From NCBI GenBank assembly GCA_963839205.1, contig CAWITU010000002.1, positions 148,627 through 212,626 on the forward strand: DNA of 64,000 nucleotides, given 5' to 3'. A program made the position numbers and the translations under genes. The notes below the pieces were generated by a model. It did no database searches. It saw nothing but the letters and a program-made list of their open reading frames with translations, and was not told the DNA's origin. This DNA is from an uncultured bacterium. Lineage in GTDB: Bacteria > Patescibacteriota > Minisyncoccia > Phycocordibacterales > CAWITU01. Below are positions 9,914 through 19,423 of the stretch, piece by piece. How positions within the stretch are numbered: the first letter of the stretch is position 1; every line of letters starts with the position of its first letter.

Positions 9914-10411
9914 ATGACCGAGGAAACAACAATTGGCGATAATAAAGTATATGAGGCAGGATATTTGATCCAGCCAACTTTGGCTGAGGATCAGATCAGT
10001 GCTGAAGTGGTACTAATCAGAGATATTGTTGAGAAAAACAAAGGCGTTGTTATTTTTGAGGAATTTCCAAAACTCCGTCCTCTAGCTTATTCCATTTCTC
10101 CAACAACTTCTAAGGGCAGTTTTGACAGGGCTTATTTTGGTTTTCTTAAATTTACCGCTGAACCAGAAGATGCTAATTCAATAAAAGATATTCTTTCTAA
10201 AAAAGAAACAATCATTCGCTCTATTCTAATTAAAACAATCAAAGATAATACTATGTATGGTCCTAAGCTTGCTCGAAGTGATGGTGGAAGTAAACCAATT
10301 CGAAAGACGACCAAAGAACGTGGAGCATCTAAGGATTCAAAAGAAACCGCACCAGCTCCTATTAATGAAGTTGAGCTCGATAAAACTATTGAAGAATTAG
10401 TTGTTGAATAA
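9914..10411 (+). CDS. rpsF: 30S ribosomal protein S6 with C-terminal extension
   Basis: S6-like core (VYEAGYLIQP...FEEFPKLRPLAYSI). Conserved rpsF-ssb-rpsR order. ATG 9914 preferred over the tracked TTG 9878. Confidence 0.85.
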   Translation: MTEETTIGDNKVYEAGYLIQPTLAEDQISAEVVLIRDIVEKNKGVVIFEEFPKLRPLAYSISPTTSKGSFDRAYFGFLKFTAEPEDANSIKDILSKKETIIRSILIKTIKDNTMYGPKLARSDGGSKPIRKTTKERGASKDSKETAPAPINEVELDKTIEELVVE

Positions 10412-10416
10412 ATAAT

Positions 10417-10872
10417 ATGTATATAAACAAGGCTATAATCTATGGAAATTTGACAAGAGACCCTGAACTTAAGTCTCTACCATCTGGCCTACAGGTTGCA
10501 TCATTTGGGGTCGCTACAAACCGAGTTTATAAGGACAAGACTGGTGCTAAGCAAGAATCAACCGATTTTCATAATATCGTAGTTTTTGGAAAGCAGGCGG
10601 AGCTCGTTTCTCAATATTTGAAAAAGGGAAGTGGAATCTTTGTTGAAGGCAGAATGCAAACAAGGTCATGGGATGGACAAGACGGCCAGAAAAAGTATAG
10701 GATGGAGATCGTCGCTGACAGAATCCAGTTCGGACCAAAGGGTGGGTCCAGTAGCGGTAATTACGACAAGTCAGCTTCAGCTTCTAAAGCGCCAGCAAAA
10801 AGTGCTGCATCATCTGAAGAGGCAATACAATACCCAGAAGAAGAGATTAACGCAGAAGATATACCATTTTAA
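10417..10872 (+). CDS. ssb: single-stranded DNA-binding protein
   Basis: OB-fold SSB N-terminus ([15 protein letters not shown]), Gly/Ser-rich linker, acidic tail ending DIPF. Confidence 0.95.
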   Translation: MYINKAIIYGNLTRDPELKSLPSGLQVASFGVATNRVYKDKTGAKQESTDFHNIVVFGKQAELVSQYLKKGSGIFVEGRMQTRSWDGQDGQKKYRMEIVADRIQFGPKGGSSSGNYDKSASASKAPAKSAASSEEAIQYPEEEINAEDIPF

Positions 10873-11135
10873 TGATAAAACAAAATTCAAAAAACATGCA
10901 GGCTAAACACATGCAGACCAATATTGCTCCAAAATCAAAACAGTGTTTTTTTGCGCAAAATAATATAAATCACATTGATTACAAGGATGTTGAGCTTTTG
11001 AAAAAGTTCCTTAATCCTCATGCTCGACTTCTTTCAAGAAAGAGAACAGGAGTTAGTGCTAAAAACCAAAGAAAGCTGGCTAATGCTGTAAAACGCGCTA
11101 GATTCATGGCCATTCTTCCTTTTGTTTCTAAATAA
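10872..11135 (+). CDS. rpsR: 30S ribosomal protein S18
   Basis: [46 protein letters not shown]. Its ATG (10872-10874) overlaps the last base of the ssb TAA stop. Confidence 0.9.
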   Translation: MIKQNSKNMQAKHMQTNIAPKSKQCFFAQNNINHIDYKDVELLKKFLNPHARLLSRKRTGVSAKNQRKLANAVKRARFMAILPFVSK

Positions 11136-11144
11136 TAAAAATAA

Positions 11145-12314
11145 ATGAGAAATGGGCTATTAGCTCTAGCTTGTTGCCTATTAGTTCTCCCATTATTTTT
11201 CGTATTCTCTAAAGAAGCTTCTGCTCAGACTCTTCTTCAAGATCAGGTGTCTTACATGAAGGCTAAGGTTATTTCCATTGATAGTAGTCATATGGAGGAG
11301 GTTCCTGGTACTGATACGGAAGAGAATTATCAGACCATACACGCCTTGGTTCTAGGTGGAACAGACAATGGTCAGACAGTTGTTCTTGATAATGATTATT
11401 TAAAACTTTCTGTCGGTGAAGAATTTTATCTAACTAAAACGGTTAGAGCAGAGGATGGCCAAATACTTTACGCTGTTTCTGATCCATATCGTTTGCCGGC
11501 ATTAATTTTCTTTGGAGTTTTGTTTTTGGTCTTGGTACTTATTTTTGGAGGCCTGCAAGGTCTCCGTGGACTCATTAGCTTAGCTGGAAGTTTTATTTTA
11601 ATACTGTATGTTCTTTTGCCAGGCATTCTTCATGGCTACTCACCAATTCTTTTAAGTATCGGGATTTCATCTCTTATAATTATTCTTGGTTCGTATATTA
11701 CCCACGGTTTCAACAAGACTACGAGCTCGGCGGTCATTGGAATGATAGTAACAGTTATCATAACTGGGGCTCTCGCTTATTGGGCAGTCACTTGGGCGAA
11801 CTTGAGTGGTTTTAATAATGAGGAGGCGACCTATCTGAATTTCGATACTCACGGTAGTATTAATTTTGTTGGCCTTCTCTTTGGTGGAATTATGATCGGT
11901 CTTCTTGGAGTTTTGTATGACATTGCTATTGGTCAGGCGATTTCTGTTGAGGAGCTCCACAAGGTCGCTCCTCATTTACCTCGCCTGACCATCTATAACC
12001 GCGCTATTCGCATCGGCAGGGAACATATAGGGGCCTTGGTTAATACTCTTGTTATTGCTTATGTTGGAGTTTCGCTTCCACTACTTCTTCTTTATTCAGA
12101 ATCTGCAACCGCTGGTTCTATCGGTCTTACAATTAATAGAGAAATATTTGCAACAGAAATAATCAGAACGCTTATCGGAAGCATCGGTTTGGTATTGGCT
12201 GTACCAATTACTACATTGATTACAACCCTTATATTAATTAGAACTACAGAAGCGCCTGCAGAAGTCGTTAAATTGGAGAAAGAAAAAATCGAGCACGCTG
12301 GGCACCATCACTAA
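11145..12314 (+). CDS. YibE/F-family membrane protein
   Basis: Signal/TM, an extracytoplasmic N-domain, then about 7 TM helices typical of YibE/F. Confidence 0.75.
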   Translation: MRNGLLALACCLLVLPLFFVFSKEASAQTLLQDQVSYMKAKVISIDSSHMEEVPGTDTEENYQTIHALVLGGTDNGQTVVLDNDYLKLSVGEEFYLTKTVRAEDGQILYAVSDPYRLPALIFFGVLFLVLVLIFGGLQGLRGLISLAGSFILILYVLLPGILHGYSPILLSIGISSLIIILGSYITHGFNKTTSSAVIGMIVTVIITGALAYWAVTWANLSGFNNEEATYLNFDTHGSINFVGLLFGGIMIGLLGVLYDIAIGQAISVEELHKVAPHLPRLTIYNRAIRIGREHIGALVNTLVIAYVGVSLPLLLLYSESATAGSIGLTINREIFATEIIRTLIGSIGLVLAVPITTLITTLILIRTTEAPAEVVKLEKEKIEHAGHHH

Positions 12315-12370
12315 GTTTCCCTAAAATATTTTTAACTTTTCTTCATATTGTTTATGATATGTTTTTTTGC

Positions 12371-12907
12371 ATGAAAAACATCACAAATACTGAGGTTACT
12401 TTACCTTCAGAAATTATTAAGGATAAGATCTATTTTATAAGAGGAAAGAAAGTGATGTTAGACAGAGATTTGGCAATTCTTTATGGAGTTCCAACCAAGG
12501 TTCTTAATCAGGCCGTAAAAAGAAATTTAGATCGGTTCCCTGAGGATTTTATGTTTGTGCTGAATGATGTGGAACTATTAAATTGGAAGTCACAATTTGT
12601 GACTTCCAATTCGACGCTTAAGCAAAGTCTTAGAAAACCACCGCTTGCTTTCACTGAGCAAGGAATCGCTATGCTTTCAAGTGTTTTAAACAGCAAAAGA
12701 GCTATACAAGTTAATATTCAAATAGTCAGAATATTCACTAAACTTCGGGAGATGATTGATATTTATAAGGAATTAAGGGAAAAAGTGGAGGAAATGGAAA
12801 AGAATAACGAAACTAATTTTAAGGAAATATTTAGAGTAATCAGACTACTTGTTAAAGTTGAAAAGAAGCCAAAAGGTAAAATGGGGTTTGAGACAGACCC
12901 GTTGTAA
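12371..12907 (+). CDS. ORF6N-domain protein (anti-repressor-like)
   Basis: IYFIRGKKVMLDRDLAILYGVPTKVLNQAVKRNLDRFPEDFMF motif. Paralog of 35775-36344. Confidence 0.8.
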   Translation: MKNITNTEVTLPSEIIKDKIYFIRGKKVMLDRDLAILYGVPTKVLNQAVKRNLDRFPEDFMFVLNDVELLNWKSQFVTSNSTLKQSLRKPPLAFTEQGIAMLSSVLNSKRAIQVNIQIVRIFTKLREMIDIYKELREKVEEMEKNNETNFKEIFRVIRLLVKVEKKPKGKMGFETDPL

Positions 12908-12922
12908 AGTTTTAAGCCCCAA

Positions 12923-13504
12923 TTAAGCGCCGACTCGTTCGCGGTAGTCACCACTTTCAGTATTGATTCGAATAACGTCACCTTGTCTTACAAACATTGG
13001 CACGTTAATAGTAGCTCCAGTCTCAAGTGTGACTTGTTTCAAAGCACCACTTGAAGTATTGCCTCTAACGGTATCAAATGCCTCAGTAACTTTAAGATCA
13101 ACTGTAATTGGAATTTTGACTCCAATAATTTTCTCTTCGTCTTCACTGTCTGTCCAGATTAATGCATCGGCGAGCATATTTCCTTTTAGAAATTTCATAC
13201 CGTTTGATAGGATTTCTTCTTTAAGCTCAAATCGTTTTGCCGCATCCTTTTCATCACAGAACCAATATTCACCCTTATTATGATATAAGTATTTGATCTT
13301 TCTTGTGAGGATATCAGCTTCTTCAACTTTTTCGGATTGATGAAATGATCTTTCAGTAACTCTGCCAGTTAAAAGGCTCTTTAACTTAGTCGCGTTAACT
13401 GGTTTTCGCTGTTGTTTTCGAAAGACATGAGAAGTGATAACTTCCCAAGGTTCGTTATCCAATATGATATATTTTCGCTCTGTTATTTCGTTGTATTCAA
13501 GCAT
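12923..13504 (-). CDS. efp: elongation factor P
   Basis: Full-length EF-P-like, 193 aa, three-domain pattern (..RKPVNATKLKSLLTGRV.. loop). Confidence 0.95.
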   Translation of the reverse strand: MLEYNEITERKYIILDNEPWEVITSHVFRKQQRKPVNATKLKSLLTGRVTERSFHQSEKVEEADILTRKIKYLYHNKGEYWFCDEKDAAKRFELKEEILSNGMKFLKGNMLADALIWTDSEDEEKIIGVKIPITVDLKVTEAFDTVRGNTSSGALKQVTLETGATINVPMFVRQGDVIRINTESGDYRERVGA

Positions 13505-13567
13505 AGTTCGGCTATATTACCGCATCTTTTGATAAAAATCAAAAGTATATAAGGTATAATTATCTTT

Positions 13568-14155
13568 ATGACTGAATCCGTATTAATCACCCTCCTAATC
13601 AAATATAAATATGAGATTCTTTTCCCAGGATTGGTCATTGAAGGCCCAATTCTAACTCTGCTAGCAGGCTTCCTGGCTACTCCGGCAGGTGGTTCAATTT
13701 TTAATTTAGCAACTTTATATTTTGTGGTTCTGTTTTCTGATGTCTTTGGTGATGTTTTGTATTACTCGGTTGGCAGGTGGGGAAGGGGGACAAAACTTTT
13801 TAAATGGCTTTTGTATAGAATGAAGCGAACGGAAGAGAGTTTTATCTTTGTCGAAGAATACTTTAGAGACCACGGTGGTAAAACACTGGCGTTGGCAAAA
13901 ATTACTCATGGTTTGGGTTGGCCAGTTATGGTCGCATCGGGAAGCGCCCGAATGAAATTCGGGCGCTTCTTTGCTTTTTGCTTTGCGACAAGTATTTTTA
14001 AATCAGCTGGCTTAATTCTTCTCGGCTATTTTTATGGACGAAGTTATGAGCTTGTAGATGATTACCTAAGTTATACCAGCTTCATAATTACCTCCGTTGT
14101 CATCCTTATTCTAGTTATCTATATAGTTAGGTCTTGGCGAAAGTCCAAAAAGTAA
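13568..14155 (+). CDS. DedA-family membrane protein
   Basis: About 195 aa, 4-5 TM, DedA/SNARE-associated pattern. Confidence 0.8.
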   Translation: MTESVLITLLIKYKYEILFPGLVIEGPILTLLAGFLATPAGGSIFNLATLYFVVLFSDVFGDVLYYSVGRWGRGTKLFKWLLYRMKRTEESFIFVEEYFRDHGGKTLALAKITHGLGWPVMVASGSARMKFGRFFAFCFATSIFKSAGLILLGYFYGRSYELVDDYLSYTSFIITSVVILILVIYIVRSWRKSKK

Positions 14156-15171
14156 TTACTTAAGACCCGCTTTTATTTCTTTGAGGATTTCATTTGCAAT
14201 TTTTGAGTTCTCTTTCAAAAATTGTCTTGTAGCATCATATCCTCTCCCTAGAATTTCCTCTTTATACTTGTATGAGTTTCCAGATTTGGAAATAATCTCC
14301 ATTTTTTCTCCAAGGGCGATGATTTCACCTTCCCTTGAGATTCCTTCGTTGTACATAAGATCAAATTCGGTCTGTTTGAATGGAGCGGCAACCTTGTTTT
14401 TGACTACTTTAACTCTGACACGGCCACCCATAATTTCTTCGCCTTTCTTAATCTGGGCAATGCGACGAATATCAAGACGCACTGATGTGTAGAATTTTAG
14501 AGCCTTTCCACCTGGTGTCGTTTCAGGATTGCCAAACATCACGCCAATCTGCATTCTAATTTGGTTAATGAAAATAACAATTGTTTTGCTCTTAGCGACG
14601 ATACTTGTGAGCTTACGAAGAGCTTGAGACATGAGTCTGGCTTGTTTACCAACATGCATTGCTCCCATATCACCCTCAATTTCATCTTTTGGAGTAAGGG
14701 CTGCGACTGAGTCTATAACGATTACATCCATCTTTCCTGATCTAACAAGTGATTCAACAATTTCAAGAGCTTGCTCACCTGTGTCTGGTTGAGAAATTAA
14801 CAGTTCGTCAATTTTTACACCAAGTCTTTTGGCGTATTCTGGGTCCATGGCGTGCTCGGCATCTATAAAAGCACAGATGCCATCTTTCTTTTGAGCCTCT
14901 GCAATGACATGAAGGGTAGAGTTGTCTTTCCAGATGATTCTGGTCCAAAGACTTCAATAATGCGTCCTCTAGGAAGACCACCGACTCCAAGAGCGGCATC
15001 TAATCCAATTGAGCCAGTCGAAATAGCATTAACATTAACTCTCGGTTTATCACCGAGCTTCATGATTGAATCTTCACCGAACTTACTTCTAATTTGTTTT
15101 AGAGTGTCTTCGACGTTTGTGACCCCAACTGTTTTATCTTCCTTTGGTTCTTTCTTTTTTCCAAATGCCAT
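14156..15171 (-). pseudogene. recA: recombinase RecA, reading frame broken once (near 14915)
   Basis: The N-part ends [10 protein letters not shown] (Walker A). The C-part, read in another frame, continues [34 protein letters not shown] single-base indel at cta-ccc-ttc restores a normal RecA. Confidence 0.9.
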
Positions 15172-15232
15172 AATTTTTTATTAAAACTAGACTAATAATA
15201 CTTCTTCTATATGAAATTTCTATAAAAATTTT

Positions 15233-15659
15233 CTAAAATTTAGATGAAGAAGTTCCTGCTTCGTTAGTAGACGTGGCTGTAGAAGAGCTCGTGGTGGCAG
15301 TTGTGATTGAGGCTTCATAATAAACCTCTAGATTTTTCTCGGTCTTTCTGCCGAATCTATCCTGCGCTTTCATAGTCAATTATAGTATAGCCAGGAGGGA
15401 GCAGCAATTTTTCATCAAAATTTCCACTCTGGTCCACTGATATTGGTCTGTCGTCAAGACTGATGGAGGTGATATTTTGGGCAACGCCCCTAATTTCAAT
15501 AAAAGATTGATTGAATACCTGACCATTAGTGGGGGAATCAATGCTTATTTCTGGGCCATTTATCAATTTTCTAGCTTGAAAATAAGCATAGCCACAAATA
15601 ACTATGACAAATAGTATGAATATGCTTAATCTTAGAAGGAATTTGGCGTCTCGGTTCAT
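15233..15659 (-). pseudogene. TM-anchored hypothetical protein with Thr/Ser-rich tail (one apparent frameshift near 15357)
   Basis: The tracked ORF 15357-15659 continues in another frame as DRFGRKTEKNLEVYYEASITTATTSSSTATS.. to a TAG at 15233. Its ATG overlaps the ftsK TGA stop (ATGA). Confidence 0.45.
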
Positions 15660-17887
15660 TCGATTTCTTCAGGTACAGCTCCTTCATAGCCCATAACTTC
15701 ACGAGGTTTGGCACCGTTTGATGGTCCAATAACTCCTCGCTCTTCAAGCATGTCCATTAGTCTGGCAGCCCTGGCGTAACCGACGCCTAATTTGCGTTGC
15801 AAGTACGAAGTTGAGGCTTTACCGGCCTTAACGATAGTTTCTCTGGCTTCTTCGTATAGGTCATCGTCGTCATCGAGCGACTGATCATCAAAATTTACTG
15901 AATTAAGGGTGTCATTTTTTTCAACAGCATCTCCGGAAATATTGATATCACTGGTTGGTAGGGCATCTCTGTAGGAATCAATTAAATACTTAACAACTTT
16001 CTTAACTTCCATTTCTGAGATGTAAGCCGATTGAATTCTTTGTGGATTAGACATTTCGCCAGAAAGATAAAGCATGTCTCCGGCGCCGAGGAGCTCCTCG
16101 GCGCCTCTCATATCAAGAATGGTCCTAGAATCAATCTGTGAAGCCACCTGGAGAGCGATTCTGGCTGGTACGTTAGCTTTGATAAGACCAGTAATAATGT
16201 CTACAGATGGTCGCTGTGTGGAAAGGATGAGATGGATACCGACGGCGCGACTCATTTGAGCTAGTCTTACGATAGCTGACTCCAATTCTCTTGGATAGGC
16301 ATGCATGATATCAGCCAACTCATCGATAATGATGACTATATATGGAAGAGTCTCCACAAATTCCTCATTTTCACCATCCTTTTTATTTGTCGCTATCTTC
16401 TTGAGTTTTGGTTCAAGAATGTTCTTGTGATATGACTCAATATCTCGAACAGATTCATTTTCAAGAATGTTATATCGTCTATCCATTTCTTTCGCTGCCC
16501 ATTTCAAAGCAAGAATAGCTTTCTTGGCGTCAGTAATTACAGGAGTTAATAGGTGAGGAATTTTATTATAAAGAGTAAGTTCAACACGCTTTGGGTCAAC
16601 CATAATAAATCGCATGTTCTCTGGTGCGTTTCTATAAAGTAGGGAAGTGATAATTGTATGAATAGCGACTGACTTTCCTGATCCAGTTGCACCAGCTACA
16701 AGGAGGTGAGGCATTTTAGCTAAGTTAGCAAAATGAGACTTCCCAGAGATTCCTTTACCAAGTCCAATCATCAAAGGTTTTTCTGACTTCTGAAATTCCT
16801 CTTGAGATAGGAGTGTTCCGAGCCCAACTGTTGTCTTAATAGTATTTGGAATTTCAATACCAACTAATGATTTTCCTGGAATTGGTGCTTCAATACGAAT
16901 AGGGTGGGCGGCCAAGGCCAATGAAAGATTATTTTGAAGCCCAATAATTTTGGAAAGTTTGACCCCTTCTGCTGGTTTCAAAGCGTAACGAGTAACCGAT
17001 GGTCCAATTGAAATTTCATCCATTTCAACATTGATGCCGAAATTCTGCATTGTTCGTTTGATGATGTTTGAGTTGGCTTTGATATCTCCGACTCCTGGCT
17101 TCCCTCGGTCATTCTCAAGTAATGAAAGCGATGGGGGAATGTAAACAGAGTTGAGACGTCTAATTGCTGATACCTCAATACCTTCTTCTTTATCAATTTT
17201 AGGTGCTATAGCTTTTTTGAAGAAACCAGCCGCTTTTACTTTCTCCTCCTTTGTTTCTTCAGCTGGGACTTCCTCATCAACTTCTTCTTTTTCCATTAAC
17301 GCTTCCTCAGCAATTTCGTTTGGTTTTGAAACGAAAAGTTTTCTCCAAATATAAACAAAAACATTTCCGATTGCTGAGAATGATAATTTGGTATCGAAGA
17401 TAATGAAAAGAGAAATGATAGATAGTGCTCCAAGCAAGATTGCCGAAGCTTCAACATCAAAAAGTTTTACAAGGGGCTCGGCGATAATCTTTCCAACAAT
17501 TCCACCTTGTTCATATGAGTAGAGACTGATTAGTCCAAGACCTGACAAAAACAAAAGAAGACCACCAACAACTCTTAAGCTTGAAAATCTTTTTTCCGGT
17601 TCATTCCAGAAGCTGATGCCTAGTAGAATCAAAACGATTGGAATAAGAAAATATCCGAGTCCGAGAAGATATGAAAAGAAAGAATAAAGGGCATCTCCAA
17701 CTGGTCCAGCTCTTCCGTGAAGAGGTAATCCAGTTTGCCAAGCAGAGAGCAGAAAGAAGATTGAGATGACGAAAAGTAAGATTGCGATGATAGCGTGTGC
17801 AGTGTCTTGTTTTAATTCTTTTAGTACGTTGATAGAGTGGCCGTTGCCGTTATTTTTCTTTTGGTTTTTGTTATCATTTTTTGCCAT
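15656..17887 (-). CDS. ftsK: DNA translocase FtsK/SpoIIIE
   Basis: 4-5 N-terminal TM helices, linker, motor domain with Walker A GATGSGKS, C-terminal gamma winged helix (SYLQRKLGVGYARAARLMD). Confidence 0.95.
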   Translation of the reverse strand: MAKNDNKNQKKNNGNGHSINVLKELKQDTAHAIIAILLFVISIFFLLSAWQTGLPLHGRAGPVGDALYSFFSYLLGLGYFLIPIVLILLGISFWNEPEKRFSSLRVVGGLLLFLSGLGLISLYSYEQGGIVGKIIAEPLVKLFDVEASAILLGALSIISLFIIFDTKLSFSAIGNVFVYIWRKLFVSKPNEIAEEALMEKEEVDEEVPAEETKEEKVKAAGFFKKAIAPKIDKEEGIEVSAIRRLNSVYIPPSLSLLENDRGKPGVGDIKANSNIIKRTMQNFGINVEMDEISIGPSVTRYALKPAEGVKLSKIIGLQNNLSLALAAHPIRIEAPIPGKSLVGIEIPNTIKTTVGLGTLLSQEEFQKSEKPLMIGLGKGISGKSHFANLAKMPHLLVAGATGSGKSVAIHTIITSLLYRNAPENMRFIMVDPKRVELTLYNKIPHLLTPVITDAKKAILALKWAAKEMDRRYNILENESVRDIESYHKNILEPKLKKIATNKKDGENEEFVETLPYIVIIIDELADIMHAYPRELESAIVRLAQMSRAVGIHLILSTQRPSVDIITGLIKANVPARIALQVASQIDSRTILDMRGAEELLGAGDMLYLSGEMSNPQRIQSAYISEMEVKKVVKYLIDSYRDALPTSDINISGDAVEKNDTLNSVNFDDQSLDDDDDLYEEARETIVKAGKASTSYLQRKLGVGYARAARLMDMLEERGVIGPSNGAKPREVMGYEGAVPEEIE

Positions 17888-18085
17888 TGTCTAAATATTA
17901 TACATCAACTCCACCTTACGGTTCATTCTTTCGATAAAGCGAAAAAGAAAGGCACTTCTTTGAAGCCTTACTTGCATTTCAAAATGTCTTATATATAATT
18001 CGAGCTACGTTTTAACTTTGACTCCATGTCCTTAACAAGAGGCGACTCTTATAAAGGACAAATCATAAAAGACACATAAAAAGTC

Positions 18086-18913
18086 ATGAATAATCAAGAC
18101 AATAAGCCATTAGGTGATAACCAGCAAAATAGTAACCAAATAGGGAATCTTTCTATTTTTGAAGGTAAAAGACATCACGCTTATTTCCATGAAAAGATTC
18201 AGAAACTTCTCATTGCCATCTATCTAGTCACTGACCTTATAAAAGACAGCGAGCCAATCAAGTGGAAGATCCGCGAAAGGGTATTGGAGCTCCCACCAAT
18301 TAACTTGTCCTTGATAGATGCTTTTGGGGATGAGAAAAGAATTGCATTTCGCGACATGTCGGCTATCTGTCTTGAAGTAATTTCAATGATAGAAGTTGCT
18401 TTACATTCAGGGTTAATTTCCCGAATGAATTTCGAGCTTATCAAGACTGAGATGATTGCCGTTCTCGCACTCATGGAAGAAAGACTTGGATATAAAATTG
18501 GTGCATCAAATCTGGTACTTTCAGAAAATTTCTTTAAGACAGACGAGACACTACTTGAGCCAGACGCCCCAGCCCTATTTACTCTAAATCAGGGTAATCC
18601 TCCTAAAGGACAAAGTGAGTATAAAGGACATTATAAAGGACAACAGACGATTAAGGACATTAAACCTTTTGGCCACTCAAACAGTACTACTGCTAGGAAT
18701 ACCGCAACAAACAATGAAGATAAACGTCTTAGACAGAGAGCCATTGTTGATCTTATTAAAAAATTGAAAAGAGAAGTCACCATAAAGGACTTACTTTCTG
18801 GTGTGTCTGGCTGTAGTGAGAAAACTATCCAAAGGGAACTTATTGCCCTAGTTGATAAAGGTGTCCTTAAGAAGACGGGGGAAAGACGTTGGAGCAAATA
18901 TTCCCTGAATTAG
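18086..18913 (+). CDS. hypothetical protein with C-terminal winged-helix (DeoR-like HTH)
   Basis: C-terminus VTIKDLLSGVSGCSEKTIQRELIALVDKGVLKKTGERRWSKYSL. The rest is unrecognised. Confidence 0.5.
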   Translation: MNNQDNKPLGDNQQNSNQIGNLSIFEGKRHHAYFHEKIQKLLIAIYLVTDLIKDSEPIKWKIRERVLELPPINLSLIDAFGDEKRIAFRDMSAICLEVISMIEVALHSGLISRMNFELIKTEMIAVLALMEERLGYKIGASNLVLSENFFKTDETLLEPDAPALFTLNQGNPPKGQSEYKGHYKGQQTIKDIKPFGHSNSTTARNTATNNEDKRLRQRAIVDLIKKLKREVTIKDLLSGVSGCSEKTIQRELIALVDKGVLKKTGERRWSKYSLN

Positions 18914-19423
18914 GGAGGTAGGGATAGAAAGCCCAATTTATTGACTTGTTTTGTCAAGGGCGGTATTATTAAAAAACCAGCAAAATCAAGGTTATCCACA
19001 CAAAGTGTTTGGTTTGAGCTAGTCATTGATTTATAATTTGCTGTAAGGACGAAGCATTTTTGCTAACGTCTTTACAGCAGATTAGAAAGAGAAGGATTCA
19101 GAGCGAATAAGCCCATTGACAATCCGTAGAAAATGTTAGAAATCAGACTTACTGAAAAGTAAGTCAATTAGATATTACTGAAATTTCCGCAAGTTTAAGT
19201 CATGGTAGATCTCTAGAAATTCAGTCTTCATTCGTAACTAATCTTTTGACTTCACGTCGAAAAAATTTGAAGTTGAAAGAGTAGTAAAAGTAGTGACGAA
19301 CACACATTGTCAGTTGTCGAACTGATTAGTTTGTCATTTTAGAAAGACGATTCATCCGCTTCCAAACATTATTAACAATTAGTAGATAATTGGAAGAAGA
19401 ATCGTTAATCAATAATTATAATT

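Noticed and set aside
14808-15184. ORFs 14808-14999 (-) and 14852-15184 (+) around the recA 5' region.
   Set aside because: They are alternative-frame or antisense shadows of recA. The RecA sequence itself accounts for the region once one indel is allowed.
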